A stretch of DNA of 64,000 nucleotides from an uncultured delta proteobacterium (GTDB lineage Bacteria > Desulfobacterota > Desulfobacteria > Desulfobacterales > UBA2156). The notes beneath the pieces were generated by a model. The model was not told the origin of the DNA, searched no databases, and saw nothing but the letters and a program-made list of their open reading frames with translations. Shown in pieces: positions 20,893 to 31,525 of this stretch (positions are counted from its first letter, which is position 1; each line of letters opens with the position of its first letter). The position numbers and the translations under genes were made by a program. Where the stretch lies: positions 160,001-224,000 of the forward strand of contig CAVTQK010000021.1 in assembly GCA_963736855.1 (NCBI GenBank), in the 5' to 3' direction.

Positions 20893-21045
20893 CAAAATAA
20901 ATTCAGGAAATAAATTATGTTACTACTCTGCTGACCTCGAGCAAGAGCACGTCGATCTTTACACACGAACCTAGGAAACCATCAAGCACATCCTGAACAC
21001 CCTGCATTCGGTGGTGATTCACTCCTGCGAGGAAAATCGTAAGAA

Positions 21046-21219
21046 TCATGCTTCCTGAAGGGCCTTTTGTTCCGCGTTGGTCCGCCTCAATCACAACGCA
21101 ATAGCCCGGGCAAGTTCTTCATAGAAATGGCCGGTGAGTTTCGGATACGTTAAGGCCATCCGGTCGAAATCCTTACTGGTAAGGAAAAACAAGGATACCT
21201 CGCCGTCCGCAATCGAATT
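21046..21219 (-). pseudogene. C-terminal fragment of a cNMP-binding-domain protein
   Basis: IADGEVSLFFLTSKDFDRM...ELARAIAL*LRRTNAE; internal TGA 21091-21093. Confidence 0.55.
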
Positions 21220-21419
21220 TGCCGACCTTTTTTGTTGCCCGAAATATGAATATCAAGCCCCCTTTTATCATTTCCGATGAAATACATGTCTCCAAAGAAG
21301 TCATCCCGGCCGAATATAGCCAGCACATGAAAACCGCCTTTTCCAAGGGGAAGAACTATTCTTACCGCCCCTATTCCAATAAAAAAATCTCATCCCCTTA
21401 ACTCCCCTCAGGTAAAAAC

Positions 21420-21977
21420 GACTGGGTCAAGCGGGGGGTCATCATTCCCACCAAAGCGCAAAAAATGGGCGTAAAAAACCTTTATCCACTATTCCTTTCC
21501 CACGCATCTGGACAAGGAGGTCGTTGCCAAACACCGGAATATGATGCTGCAGACATGCGAAAAGCTCTGCATGAAGTTTGTTCCCATCAATGCGCCCGAT
21601 TCCACCACAGGCGCTGGAAAGTCTCCAATGCTTAAGTTTCTCATGGAAGATATTCCCCGCCAGATCGCCAAGTACGGCAAGGATATCACCGTTTTCGGCA
21701 CCAACTGCCACATGCAGGACGTGATCATCGCAGGGCTCTGGATCTGGACTTTATCATACCGAAACAATACTGCCCCACCCCCACCCAGGGTTTTCCAGCC
21801 GCCATGGAACTTGAATTTTCCTAACAGTATGCCGGCAATTTCGATAAAATCAACGCCATGATCCGGCAGAAGGAAGCGGATGCCAAATGCACCTGCAGAT
21901 TTTCCACATGGCCGGCACCCGTGGGTTATTTTTTCCCTGAATTCGCCGTGGAAGTCGCCATGGCCAAAATCTGTTAG
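21420..21977 (+). pseudogene. Internal fragment of a DUF3798-type periplasmic binding protein
   Basis: FIHYSFP, EDIPRQIAKYGKD, FGTNC, CPTPTQGFPAA across two frameshifts and one stop. Confidence 0.75.
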
Positions 21978-22034
21978 GATATTAAAATTAAAAAAATAGA
22001 ATCCGGGACAAAATAAAAGGAGATTATCGCTTGA

Positions 22035-23285
22035 TTATACTAGATTGCCCAGTTCAGAAATTGATTTTTTCAGGCCTAATTGAATCTCATTGAGCCTTTT
22101 CGAATCGGATACTTCCGATACGAGAATGACAAGAAGTATATTTCCCACAGGAACGCACTTTATGAGCGCATCACTAAATTCGAGCGTTAATCCCATAAAA
22201 ACGGCTTCATTGGATTCCTGATCGGATTTTTTTATGCCATTGACTGCCATCGCCACAAAAGCGGCAATCATATCCAGGTTTATCCGGGTCAGAATGCCGT
22301 CTGATTCAACGACAAAGCCATCCCGGGTCACAATCACCGCGGCTTCAATACCCTGAATATTTGAAATTTCGCTTAGGACTTGGGTGGAAGTTTTTTCTAA
22401 AGGCTGTGGAACTTCCGGGGTTTTAATCCGATGCTCCATCTCCAAGTCCTCCGGATGAGGTTCCACTATTTCAGTCGGGGTATCGGGCAACGTCGATTCT
22501 GAAACCAGGACAGGTCCTTTGATGTTCAGCTCGGCTTCTTGCTGATGGAAACTCGATTCGGTTTCGATCCTTTCGAATTCAATTGTCTCACCTATATTTT
22601 TTAGGGCCATCTGGTTTTCAAAATGCATGCTTTCCGGAAAAATGCTCATCAAGTCCTTATGTATCCTTCTCCTGATATTTTCCGTAGGGGCATTTCTGAG
22701 TCGTATCTCTGCTCTTTTCCAGGCAATCATCTCGATTGCAGCTTGCTCTCCGGTTTTTCCATCAATAACTGCATCAAAGAGCTCGCCTTTGTTAAAAAAG
22801 AAAAATCCTTTTTCATTTTTATCTTCATTTTTAATTTCCAGCAGACTGGTTTTCTGCTCAATTTCGATGAGTTCAAGAAAGCTGTGGACGGTAATACCGC
22901 TTAGGAACTCTTTTTTGTCTTCCTGATCGAGGTATGCAGTAATGACTTGAATCATTTCCTGGTTATCAATCGGTTTTTCAAGGACCTTCAGAACACTCAG
23001 AGATTCGGCCCGTTTTCTCGACTTATCGGATGAGAACGTGGTTAAAATAATGGCCGGGATGGAGGGAAAGTGAATCGTCATGTAGCTTAGAAGTTCAAAG
23101 CCATCCATAAACTGCATTTCAAGACCCGTGACAACGAGGTCAACCATGCCGGATTCCAGAACCTGGACGGCTTCTTTTCCATTGGAAGCTGTAAGGGGTG
23201 AAAATTTCAAGGATAAATGGATGAGTTCCGATTTTAATCTTTCTAAGAAAGACTCGTCCCCCTCAACAAACAGGACATATTTCAT
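22035..23285 (-). CDS. Pseudo-receiver plus DUF4388-like plus C-terminal roadblock/LC7 domain protein
   Basis: REC fold with DLVVTGLEM, GFFFFNKGELFDA...GEQAAIEMIAW, C-terminal GIEAAVIVTRDGFVV. Confidence 0.85.
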   Translation of the reverse strand: MKYVLFVEGDESFLERLKSELIHLSLKFSPLTASNGKEAVQVLESGMVDLVVTGLEMQFMDGFELLSYMTIHFPSIPAIILTTFSSDKSRKRAESLSVLKVLEKPIDNQEMIQVITAYLDQEDKKEFLSGITVHSFLELIEIEQKTSLLEIKNEDKNEKGFFFFNKGELFDAVIDGKTGEQAAIEMIAWKRAEIRLRNAPTENIRRRIHKDLMSIFPESMHFENQMALKNIGETIEFERIETESSFHQQEAELNIKGPVLVSESTLPDTPTEIVEPHPEDLEMEHRIKTPEVPQPLEKTSTQVLSEISNIQGIEAAVIVTRDGFVVESDGILTRINLDMIAAFVAMAVNGIKKSDQESNEAVFMGLTLEFSDALIKCVPVGNILLVILVSEVSDSKRLNEIQLGLKKSISELGNLV

Positions 23286-23427
23286 TATTTACTCCTTGAA
23301 ACGGCTCAGTTCTCTCTGTTTTTACTATCGGTTCGTTTCTGTTTAATGGGGTCAAGAGAATGACAATCATATGTATTTGTGAAGTCAAAAGAGGCATCAC
23401 GCTGTTACGTTTAAAAAGATTGTTCGT

Positions 23428-23760
23428 TCATTTTGCATAGGGCTCAAATAGCCTGAAGCAGAGGTAAGCCGGTTGACGGTATAGAAGTGTAACTCCTTGA
23501 AGTGATATGACAAACAAGGATTGTGAGGCTAATATTTCGGTGACGAATAAAAAAACATATACAGCCAACGGGTCCAATCCGGGGAAGGTGTCGACGATGA
23601 CAAAATCGAATAGGCATTCAACTGGTTTGAGAGCCTCGTGAAGGACCATCTCATCGTCAAAAGCCCTGCTGCCTGCTGATGTGCCACCCCAGATAATTTT
23701 ATGATTTCTTCTCCAACCAAAAGCCGGTTCCTTGTAAGAACGAAAAATAGCGCATCATGG
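23428..23760 (-). pseudogene. Degraded ParA/Soj-family ATPase fragment
   Basis: LHEALKPV...FDFVIVDTFPGLDPL...SLQGV matches the ParA Walker-B region; no Walker A, frame broken upstream. Confidence 0.6.
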
Positions 23761-24333
23761 GAAGCAAGTTTCCGGTTCAGCAGCGTCTTAAGTTCGACCA
23801 TATGCTTTGTGCCGATGAAACTAACCGGTATCTTTGGTATTTTCGAATTATCATATATAGCTAATCAATATTGGCCCATTTGTCAATGAAAATTGACCCT
23901 GCTGTTACAAAAGCCGAGGATGCCCCAGATTCTTTAAAACCCGCTTGCTTATTGGATAGGTATTCAACCGGGGAGAAATGATGCTTCAGGATATAAGATT
24001 GAAAGCGTCATTGCAGACCTTTGAGCCCGCTATGACGGTCTTTTCCTCTTTTTAGGCTTGCCCATGAAAAGACCAGTCTCGCCCTCGGGATATTTCCGGT
24101 TTTCCAAGTTTGATATCTTAATATTTAGCGTAATTTAATCCAACTATTGGGGAATGTCTTTGGAATCGGATTATCTTCATATTTTTTTCTTGTAATTTTG
24201 GACAGGCTTTGCTAAATGTCAAACATTAAACGACTCTTTTTATATAAAGGAACGTGAGCCCATGCAATCCACTACTCAATGCAACACCCCATTTTTACTA
24301 AAAATATGTAATTTAGGAATATAAACATAGGTA

Positions 24334-24687
24334 ATGAAAATGACGGAAAAAGATAAAAGAAATTACCCAAGGCTAAATTCATTGAATCTGATCTCTTATT
24401 ATGTTTATAATAAGGATGATACAATGATAAACCAGGGTATGGGCAGGACATTGAATATTTCGGCATCCGGAATTCTTTTGGAGACCCACGTATCGATTGA
24501 GGAAGAACAAATTGTGACATTGGATATCGGGCTTGAGGAAGATATCGTGAATGTGCGAGGGAAGGCGATATATTCCAAGAAAGGCAAGGACATGTTCGAA
24601 ACCGGCATAGCCTTTATATATATTGATGATTACCAGAAAAAGATTTTAGATCGGTTCATTGAAGATTTTGAGAATCAAAAGCAGTAA
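24334..24687 (+). CDS. PilZ domain protein
   Basis: RNYPR (RxxxR) and NISASG motifs. Confidence 0.9.
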   Translation: MKMTEKDKRNYPRLNSLNLISYYVYNKDDTMINQGMGRTLNISASGILLETHVSIEEEQIVTLDIGLEEDIVNVRGKAIYSKKGKDMFETGIAFIYIDDYQKKILDRFIEDFENQKQ

Positions 24688-25273
24688 ATAGCGAGATATG
24701 ATGCGCATCCACCTCGAAAAATGGAATACGCTCGGATAGCCACCCATTGGCAAATATTATTGCGCATCATGCAAGATGAATGCAAAAAAAGGATTCTTTA
24801 CCCAGGGCATTCTCTTATTAATCAGAAAGGAGGTTATAAGGATATTAATAATAATATCAATTAAATGAAATGTGATTAGTCAAATGAATCCGTTTGCATC
24901 TCAAGATCGAAGATTAAACAAAATGACGTGAAAACTATCGATTGACAGTCCGTATTGTATGTGATAATAAATATCAAATAAGTACTAAAAAAAAGAGAAA
25001 TGTCTTAGAATTTTTTTAGGTGCTTAACTCAGGCTCAAGTCGATCAGGCCTTATTGAAAGAGGCAATTCATCTTGGTTCAAACAAAAAATTGGATTTAAA
25101 GAATAAAACAGGGTAGATGAAGCCATATTTTCATCGGATCATATCGCTTCTCTGAATTAAGAAATCGGCCACGGAATTGTTGAAGATAACCCATCGCAAG
25201 GTTCATTCTTTGTTAAATACGATCCAAAAATTCCCTTCTTTTTTTGTTAACTTTTTGCTTTGGAGATAAAGCC

Positions 25274-25678
25274 GTGATATACAGCATGGGACAAAAAGAA
25301 TTAGATGGAATTGAAGATGTCCTAAAGGACACATTGATTGAGATCGGAGTTCAATGCGTATGCCTGATCGATATGGCCGGAAATATCGTTGTCAGCTTGG
25401 AAAAGGGGGAGAACCAGCACGATATCTACTCCCTTGCGGCACTTGCAGCGGGGAATTTCGGTGCAGTAAACTCTATGGCAAAGATAATTGGTGAAGAAGA
25501 GTTTTCGTTGCTTTTCCATAAAGGAGATGATGTGAATATCCATTTCAGCAAAGTCCTTCAGGATTTTCTCTTGATAACCATTTTTGGCCAAGATGTATCC
25601 CTTGGATTTCTTCGGTTGAAAGTCTCAGAGGCTATAGAAAGGATCAAGGACCTTTTGACGTTATCATTGAATACATGA
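25274..25678 (+). CDS. mglB: Roadblock/LC7 protein, MglB-like GAP
   Basis: LIDMAGN, SLAALAAGNFGA, EFSLLFHKG, SLGFLRL; directly upstream of mglA; GTG start with GGAGA RBS. Confidence 0.9.
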   Translation: MIYSMGQKELDGIEDVLKDTLIEIGVQCVCLIDMAGNIVVSLEKGENQHDIYSLAALAAGNFGAVNSMAKIIGEEEFSLLFHKGDDVNIHFSKVLQDFLLITIFGQDVSLGFLRLKVSEAIERIKDLLTLSLNT

Positions 25679-25733
25679 ATATCATGGTCATATGCGAAAT
25701 AAGAGGAGAAGACACAGCGCCGAGGGTTGGTAA

Positions 25734-26339
25734 ATGGCATTTATCAATTTAAAAAATAAGGAGGTTCAGGTAAAGATCGTATATTATGGGCCCGGGAGGG
25801 GAGGGAAAACAAGCAATCTTGAGTACATTTTCAAGAAGTTCCAGGATCGAATTAAAACGGATATGGTAACGATTAAAACACAGGGAGATCGAACCCTTTT
25901 TTTTGATTTTCTTCCACTGGGTCTTGGACAGATCAAGGGTTACAACATCAAGATCCAGCTTTATACCGTCCCGGGTCAGGTAAAATATAATGCCACCAGG
26001 AAGCTGGTTTTAATGGGGGTGGACGGCTTGGTTTTCGTAGCCGATTCTTTAGTTGAGAGGCAAAAGCAGAACATCGAATCGTTGTCTAATCTTCAGGAGA
26101 ATCTGGCATCATACAAAAAGGACATCTCCGAGATACCCTTGGTTTTGCAATATAACAAGCGGGATTTAGCCAAGAATGACATTCCATTGTTGCCCGTTTC
26201 AGTTTTACAAGAGGATTTGAACAGCAAATTGAATGCGCCGGCATTTGAAGCGAGCGCAGTTGAAGGAAAGAACGTTACCGAGACCATGAAACAAATCATT
26301 TTCCTAACCGTCGCTTCACTTGAGAGAGAATTAAAATAG
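25734..26339 (+). CDS. mglA: MglA-family small GTPase
   Basis: KIVYYGPGRGGKTSNL, DRTLFFDF, YTVPGQ, NKRD. Confidence 0.96.
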   Translation: MAFINLKNKEVQVKIVYYGPGRGGKTSNLEYIFKKFQDRIKTDMVTIKTQGDRTLFFDFLPLGLGQIKGYNIKIQLYTVPGQVKYNATRKLVLMGVDGLVFVADSLVERQKQNIESLSNLQENLASYKKDISEIPLVLQYNKRDLAKNDIPLLPVSVLQEDLNSKLNAPAFEASAVEGKNVTETMKQIIFLTVASLERELK

Positions 26340-26350
26340 GAGGAAAATCG

Positions 26351-26977
26351 ATGCCGCCTTTGGACACTGATCATGATTCGACACTTACGAGTGAGTTGAG
26401 AAAACGGCTGGATAGTATTTTCCAGGAAGATGAACCAATTGAGCAAAAAGAAACAGCACCGGTCGAAAATAAAAAAGAGATGCATCCCCTGGATTCATTA
26501 AAGTCTGCTCTTCTTTCTTTGGATTGGGAGATTAGCGATGAGGTCACGGGGAAGTTTGTGGAACAGGCCGAGAATTTTCTACGACGTTACAAGGCCGATA
26601 AGGTTTTGTCAGTTTTCCTCCAGATCCTATATGCTCTAGGAAAGTACATCAGACGATATAAGGGGAGATCTCATCCCGGTTCTGTAAAGCTTGTAAGTAC
26701 TACTTTTGATGGTCTTGTAAAAGTCTTCGACGGCGGATTATCCGAAAGCGAAAAGCGAAATTTGCTGAACAGCACTGTCGACGAATTTATGAAGCTTAAG
26801 AAGACTATAATTGATGAAAAGAAAAAGGTTCCTCCTCTGGAGGTTAGAGTGGCCGAGGTAACTGAGACATCCAAAAAGACGATACAACAGCTTTTGATGG
26901 AAATCGGTGTTTTGATAGAAGCTGAATTTGAAAAGATTAGGGATGAGATACGCGCATTAAATAAACCACAAACGTAA
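26351..26977 (+). CDS. Helical hypothetical protein in the mgl operon
   Basis: 208-aa ORF with strong RBS, 11 bp after mglA. Confidence 0.85.
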   Translation: MPPLDTDHDSTLTSELRKRLDSIFQEDEPIEQKETAPVENKKEMHPLDSLKSALLSLDWEISDEVTGKFVEQAENFLRRYKADKVLSVFLQILYALGKYIRRYKGRSHPGSVKLVSTTFDGLVKVFDGGLSESEKRNLLNSTVDEFMKLKKTIIDEKKKVPPLEVRVAEVTETSKKTIQQLLMEIGVLIEAEFEKIRDEIRALNKPQT

Positions 26978-27002
26978 CCATTAGCGTTTGGAGGAAAAGA
27001 CC

Positions 27003-27468
27003 ATGGCAGTCAACCCGGACAATTTAATGACGAGAGTATTCAGGCGCATCGAAAAGAATGACCAAGGTGAAATTTCCATGGATAACCAGATGCTCAAAAT
27101 TTTTATTGAGGTGGATGGGCAGAGAACGGTTCAGGAAATTGCTGCCAAAATAGGGATGGGCCCATCGGATATTGCAAATGTCATATCCCGACTAGTGGAT
27201 AAGGGAATCATTGCACCGGTATCCGTTGCGATATCTTATCTCAGTCCTGCTGTTTTTGCAAGTTTAAGAAAGGAACTTGCTGTAGCAATTGGACCTATTG
27301 CAGATGTTCTTCTCGAGAATGCGCTTGAAGATTTCAATTCGAACGAATCGAGTTTTCCATGCAGAACAGGCGGCTGAACTGGTTGATGTGCTTGCAAGAC
27401 AGATCAGTAGACAGGAAAAAAGAGTCGCTTTTCAGCAAAGGATGCTTCAACTGTTAAGAGAATTGTAA
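27003..27468 (+). CDS. Winged-helix-like protein, single-base frameshift near 27353-27360
   Basis: VDGQRTVQEIAAKIG...ISRLVDKGII; +1 frame continues AEQAAELVDVLARQI...LREL*. Confidence 0.75.
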
Positions 27469-27791
27469 CTTGATGACCATCCCTGCCATGGGCGAGATGG
27501 GGAATACATCAACTATTTTTTTCAAATAACGGTCGAGAAATCTTTCGTGGAGTTCGAGGATTAGACTCAACAAACTCTACGTGGAAAAAGTAGCGTTGAA
27601 GTCACGATAGGAACCCATGGATTGTTTAAGGGTTGCCTGAAACAAATTCTATGAACCTAGGGGATGCACTTTTGCCTATTGAATCAAGTCTGTTATCCTC
27701 CCTTTGAAAATCGTCGGGCAACCCATATGAATCATAGATAGCCTATATATGCTATGCTTTTAAGTTAAAGTTAAAACACGAGGAGAAAGAA

Positions 27792-28777
27792 ATGATCATT
27801 ATACCCAAATATAAAGCGACGGTCGATAAACTTAACAGCTATTATATTGATATTAAAAAACTTTTAGAACACTACCAGGGGGAGCTTGGCACAGGGGTGA
27901 TTCATTTAAAATCGACTGCCGCAGAAGCGGCAATCTATTTCGACAAAGATGAAATACTCAGCACTATTCTTGAAGGGGGGGAACTGTCAATAGAGGGGAA
28001 GATGCCTTTAAGAATTTAGAGGAGGTTGTGGACCGGCAAAACTTTAACATAGATATTTACAGGATATCGGCTGATAAAATCTATCTATGGGCCAATGTGC
28101 CTGATTCACAAGAGCTTTATCGGGGTCTTAGTTCAGAATTTACGGAGCTTGAAAGCCTTATAAAGAAATTAAGGGAGGAAAAGTTTACAGGATTTATTAA
28201 CGTAACTTTTCAAAATCGAAAAGAAGGTGGGATTATTTTTTTTGTAGGAGGTAAGATAGAATCTGTTTCCACTTCTTGGGAGCTTGCTTCCGCTGAAGAT
28301 ACTGAAAAAGCAGTAAAAACGCTTATCGAAAGAACGAAAGAAATGCGGTCGGTTTTTGATGTACAAAGGATCGTACCGAAAGAGGACAAGTTGGGCATCC
28401 GAAGCGATGATAATGATAAAGCCAAACCATCAAAAATCATTTCGATTCTTGAAGAACTTCTTGGCATTTTTGAAAATGACATCAATTCCCAAGGTATAAA
28501 AGGAAATGATTTTAATACGCTCTTAAGGAAAAAATTTTTAAAAAAAGCAGAAAATTTTCCTTTCCTTGATCCTTTTGCCGCAGAATTTCGATACAATAAT
28601 CGAAAAATCAGCTTCTCAGGAGAAGCAAAAGAAGATGAAATGGTCAAAGGATTATTGAGTTGTGTGATGGAAATCTCAGATGAAGTCGGAGTCACCTCGA
28701 AACTCAAGACGTCCCTTGGTCCCTGGTACCAAAAAAATGAGAAAGTCCTTCGCAGATTGGGAATCGAACCTCTCTAG
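27792..28777 (+). CDS. DUF4388-like hypothetical protein split by a single-base frameshift (27975-28000)
   Basis: Adding one base joins ORFs 27792-28019 and 28028-28777; repeated TGxI...IxFxxxxI motif in both halves. Confidence 0.75.
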
Positions 28778-28785
28778 AGGTCTGA

Positions 28786-29811
28786 ATGAACAGCAAAGTA
28801 ATCATTATTGATCAGGATGTCCGTCTTTTTAAGATGGTTGAAGATGCCATCAAAAAACATCATCGAGATGTCGATACCATCAAGGTGTCGACCATTGATA
28901 ATGCCGTAAAAATGCTTAAAACAGAACCGATTGCGGTCATTGCTTCGGTTTTTAACACTCTGACGGCCAGAGATTTTGCGTTTATTAATTATGTTGCAGA
29001 TTCTTTCATCGATATCCTTCATATTGTTATAGGCGAAAATGAACCTGATGCAATCAAGTCGATCATTAAAAATGAGGGTAATATAGATTACTTAAAAAAG
29101 CCATACACGCCAGAGACGGTGGCAATTAAGATCATTAACATCCTGAATCAGCAGAAAGATGGGGGTGCCCTTTACAACGTATCGTCCAGCATGATTCTCC
29201 AGATCATCCAGATGGAACAGCGTACATGTACCATCCGGATTTTAGATCATAAAAGCAACAAGAGGGGGGCCCTCTATTTCATGAATGGCAGAATCTTAGA
29301 TGCATGGGTTGTCGGGAAACGTGGAGAATTGGCCGCTTATGAAATTTTTTCATGGGATAACGTTTCCCTGTTTATCCAAAACAGTTGTTATCAAACAAAA
29401 AAAAGAATAGAGGGTGAACTCCAGGCCATTCTTCTGGAAGCCATGCGCCTGAAGGATGAAGCGGTATTAAAAAAGGCAGATGAACCGGATTCGTCTTTAG
29501 AAGAAGATGAAATATTAATTGATGTAGGGGAAGCTGTCAGTGATGATCTGAACAGGTTAAGAGATCGAATTACCAAAGATCAAGCTTCTAAAGACAGTAT
29601 ATTAGATATTTATGAAGATGAGAAATGGAATAATTTATTGTCTCAAGCCAGAAGAATTGGGACTTTTTTCGGATCAGGAGAGCTCAGAGTAGGTTGCGTG
29701 GAAGAGGGCGGAAAACAAGATTATCTGCTTGTTCCAGGAAAGCAAACAGTGGTTATAGCAATCGAACAAAGATGTCCAAGAGACAAACTGATTAAACTAA
29801 TAATGAGTTAA
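28786..29811 (+). CDS. Pseudo-receiver plus DUF4388-like protein
   Basis: VIIIDQD...YLKKP receiver fold; LQIIQMEQRTCT, GALYFMNGRILDA, GELAAYEIFSW. Confidence 0.85.
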   Translation: MNSKVIIIDQDVRLFKMVEDAIKKHHRDVDTIKVSTIDNAVKMLKTEPIAVIASVFNTLTARDFAFINYVADSFIDILHIVIGENEPDAIKSIIKNEGNIDYLKKPYTPETVAIKIINILNQQKDGGALYNVSSSMILQIIQMEQRTCTIRILDHKSNKRGALYFMNGRILDAWVVGKRGELAAYEIFSWDNVSLFIQNSCYQTKKRIEGELQAILLEAMRLKDEAVLKKADEPDSSLEEDEILIDVGEAVSDDLNRLRDRITKDQASKDSILDIYEDEKWNNLLSQARRIGTFFGSGELRVGCVEEGGKQDYLLVPGKQTVVIAIEQRCPRDKLIKLIMS

Positions 29812-29878
29812 GCTCATAAAAGCTTTAATAATGTTTTGAGACTATAGATGATCTGTAATTCAGGATATTGCCGGTAAT

Positions 29879-30271
29879 ATGGAAGATTCTCTCCTTGATA
29901 TATTGAGAATTCAGAATGTAAAGGGTGTCATATTTTCATCCCTTGATGGTGATATTCTATACGAGCGTTTCGCTGAACAATGGCGTTTTAATTTGAATGA
30001 AAAGAAAGTCTGGTGGGGTCTTTTCATTCATAGCCTAAATGGAATAAAGAGGGTTGAAATGGTCTATGACACCGATCGACTTTTTATTCGACAGGCGAAA
30101 GAAGGATATTTGTTCGTATTGGCCAGTAATTCTGCACCAATGGCCATGATTCGGTTACAATGTGATTTATTCTTATCCAAGATGGAAAAGAGTACTAAAA
30201 AAGGGCTTAATATTCTCTTCTCAGAACCAAAAAGGTCTAAGATTTTGTTCGATAATTTTTCAAGCCTATGA
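29879..30271 (+). CDS. Divergent roadblock-like protein (MglC-like)
   Basis: IQNVKGVIFSSLDGDILY...YLFVLA...MAMIRL pattern. Confidence 0.65.
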   Translation: MEDSLLDILRIQNVKGVIFSSLDGDILYERFAEQWRFNLNEKKVWWGLFIHSLNGIKRVEMVYDTDRLFIRQAKEGYLFVLASNSAPMAMIRLQCDLFLSKMEKSTKKGLNILFSEPKRSKILFDNFSSL

Positions 30272-30436
30272 AAAGATAGAAGGTGTATCGGGCAAGGCAA
30301 GATCTTTATATTTATATTATCTTGAATAGCGCTGCAGTTATTATAAATATGAATGCCGGGAAGGACTTTTTAGAAAAGTCTTTCCAGTTTGAAGTATAAA
30401 TATTCTTTTGCCTATTCAATCAGAGGGAGGATCCTC

Positions 30437-31144
30437 ATGGATGAAAAAACAAGCGTTAGCTCAATCGAAGAGTTGGAAGAGGAAGGCATTTTTGAATTAG
30501 ATTACGAGGACTTGGAAGGTGAGGAAAATGAAATAATTGAGGATGGAGATGTCATAAAATTAGTTGATGTGGTAGATGAAAACACATCTGAGGTAGATAA
30601 TGATATTAATCAAATTCAAAAACTTTTTGATATGGAAAAAGAAACAAAAAGTGACACGGATGATCAAGCAGCTGAAAAGCTTAAAAAAGTACTAAATGCC
30701 GCATTTGAAGATATTGGATCAGGGAACAAAAAAACGGCTAAACCTCTTGTGGAAAAAGAAAGAGGGGAGGAAGAAGATTTACTAGATTTAGATGAATTGG
30801 GTATAAAAGAAAAGGAGGATGTTTTAGGGATTGAAGAAGGTCCAAAGATCCCAGAAATTCCAGAAGATGCAATTTCCGAAGAACCGGAGCAAGTTAGTGA
30901 GAAAAAGGAGATTCAAGAAATCATAACAACAGGTGCAGTGGAGTTTGAAGAAAAAGAAAAGATAAAAGCAATGGAGACCTACCAAGTCGACAAAGAACAA
31001 GTAGAACGGATTATAAAAGAAACAGTTGAAAAAAAATTGGATGAAGTTGTAAAAAAGGCAATCATTGAGGTTGCCGAAAAGTTTTTATCACAGACCATCG
31101 ATACGATAAAGATAAAAATGATCGACGGCATAAAAGAAAAATAG
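30437..31144 (+). CDS. Highly acidic protein with C-terminal amphipathic helices
   Basis: Glu/Asp-rich ORF, GGAGG RBS before ATG 30437. Confidence 0.85.
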   Translation: MDEKTSVSSIEELEEEGIFELDYEDLEGEENEIIEDGDVIKLVDVVDENTSEVDNDINQIQKLFDMEKETKSDTDDQAAEKLKKVLNAAFEDIGSGNKKTAKPLVEKERGEEEDLLDLDELGIKEKEDVLGIEEGPKIPEIPEDAISEEPEQVSEKKEIQEIITTGAVEFEEKEKIKAMETYQVDKEQVERIIKETVEKKLDEVVKKAIIEVAEKFLSQTIDTIKIKMIDGIKEK

Positions 31145-31314
31145 AATTTAGCTTAGGAGCAAATCAGTTTAAAAAGCGGTAAAAAAGATAAGAATAAGGG
31201 TCATCGCTTTTTTAAAGATGTATCGCACTAAACAATTCATTGACTCTTTACCCTGCAAAACATGACAAGGTATAGAGAAGAGGAATAAAAATATTTTCCC
31301 CGAAGATTCAAGAA

Positions 31315-31469
31315 TGATAAAATTATAAAAAGTCAAAATTAGGATGGTAAAGTAAAAAGCTTCAGATGCAAGGCGCGCAAATCCTGAGGAATGAGGCGTA
31401 CATGTGGGTACGCCGCAATGACAAAGGATGCAGTGCAACGAAGCAGATGGACTTTTTACGAAGCCATCA
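31315..31469. mobile_element. MITE-like repeat, long copy
   Basis: Imperfect terminal inverted repeats (TGAT...AAAAAGTC / GACTTTTTACGAAGCCATCA), internal GGCGTAC/GTACGCC hairpin; second copy at 61531. Confidence 0.8.
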
Positions 31470-31525
31470 GGAATAACCCATCTATTTCATTTGTAACTTA
31501 GTGCATCCTGCATGAGAATCGATAC

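Noticed and set aside
31169..31438. 89-aa ORF, and the N-terminal extension of ORF 61587
   Set aside because: Both arise from reading through the MITE-like repeat
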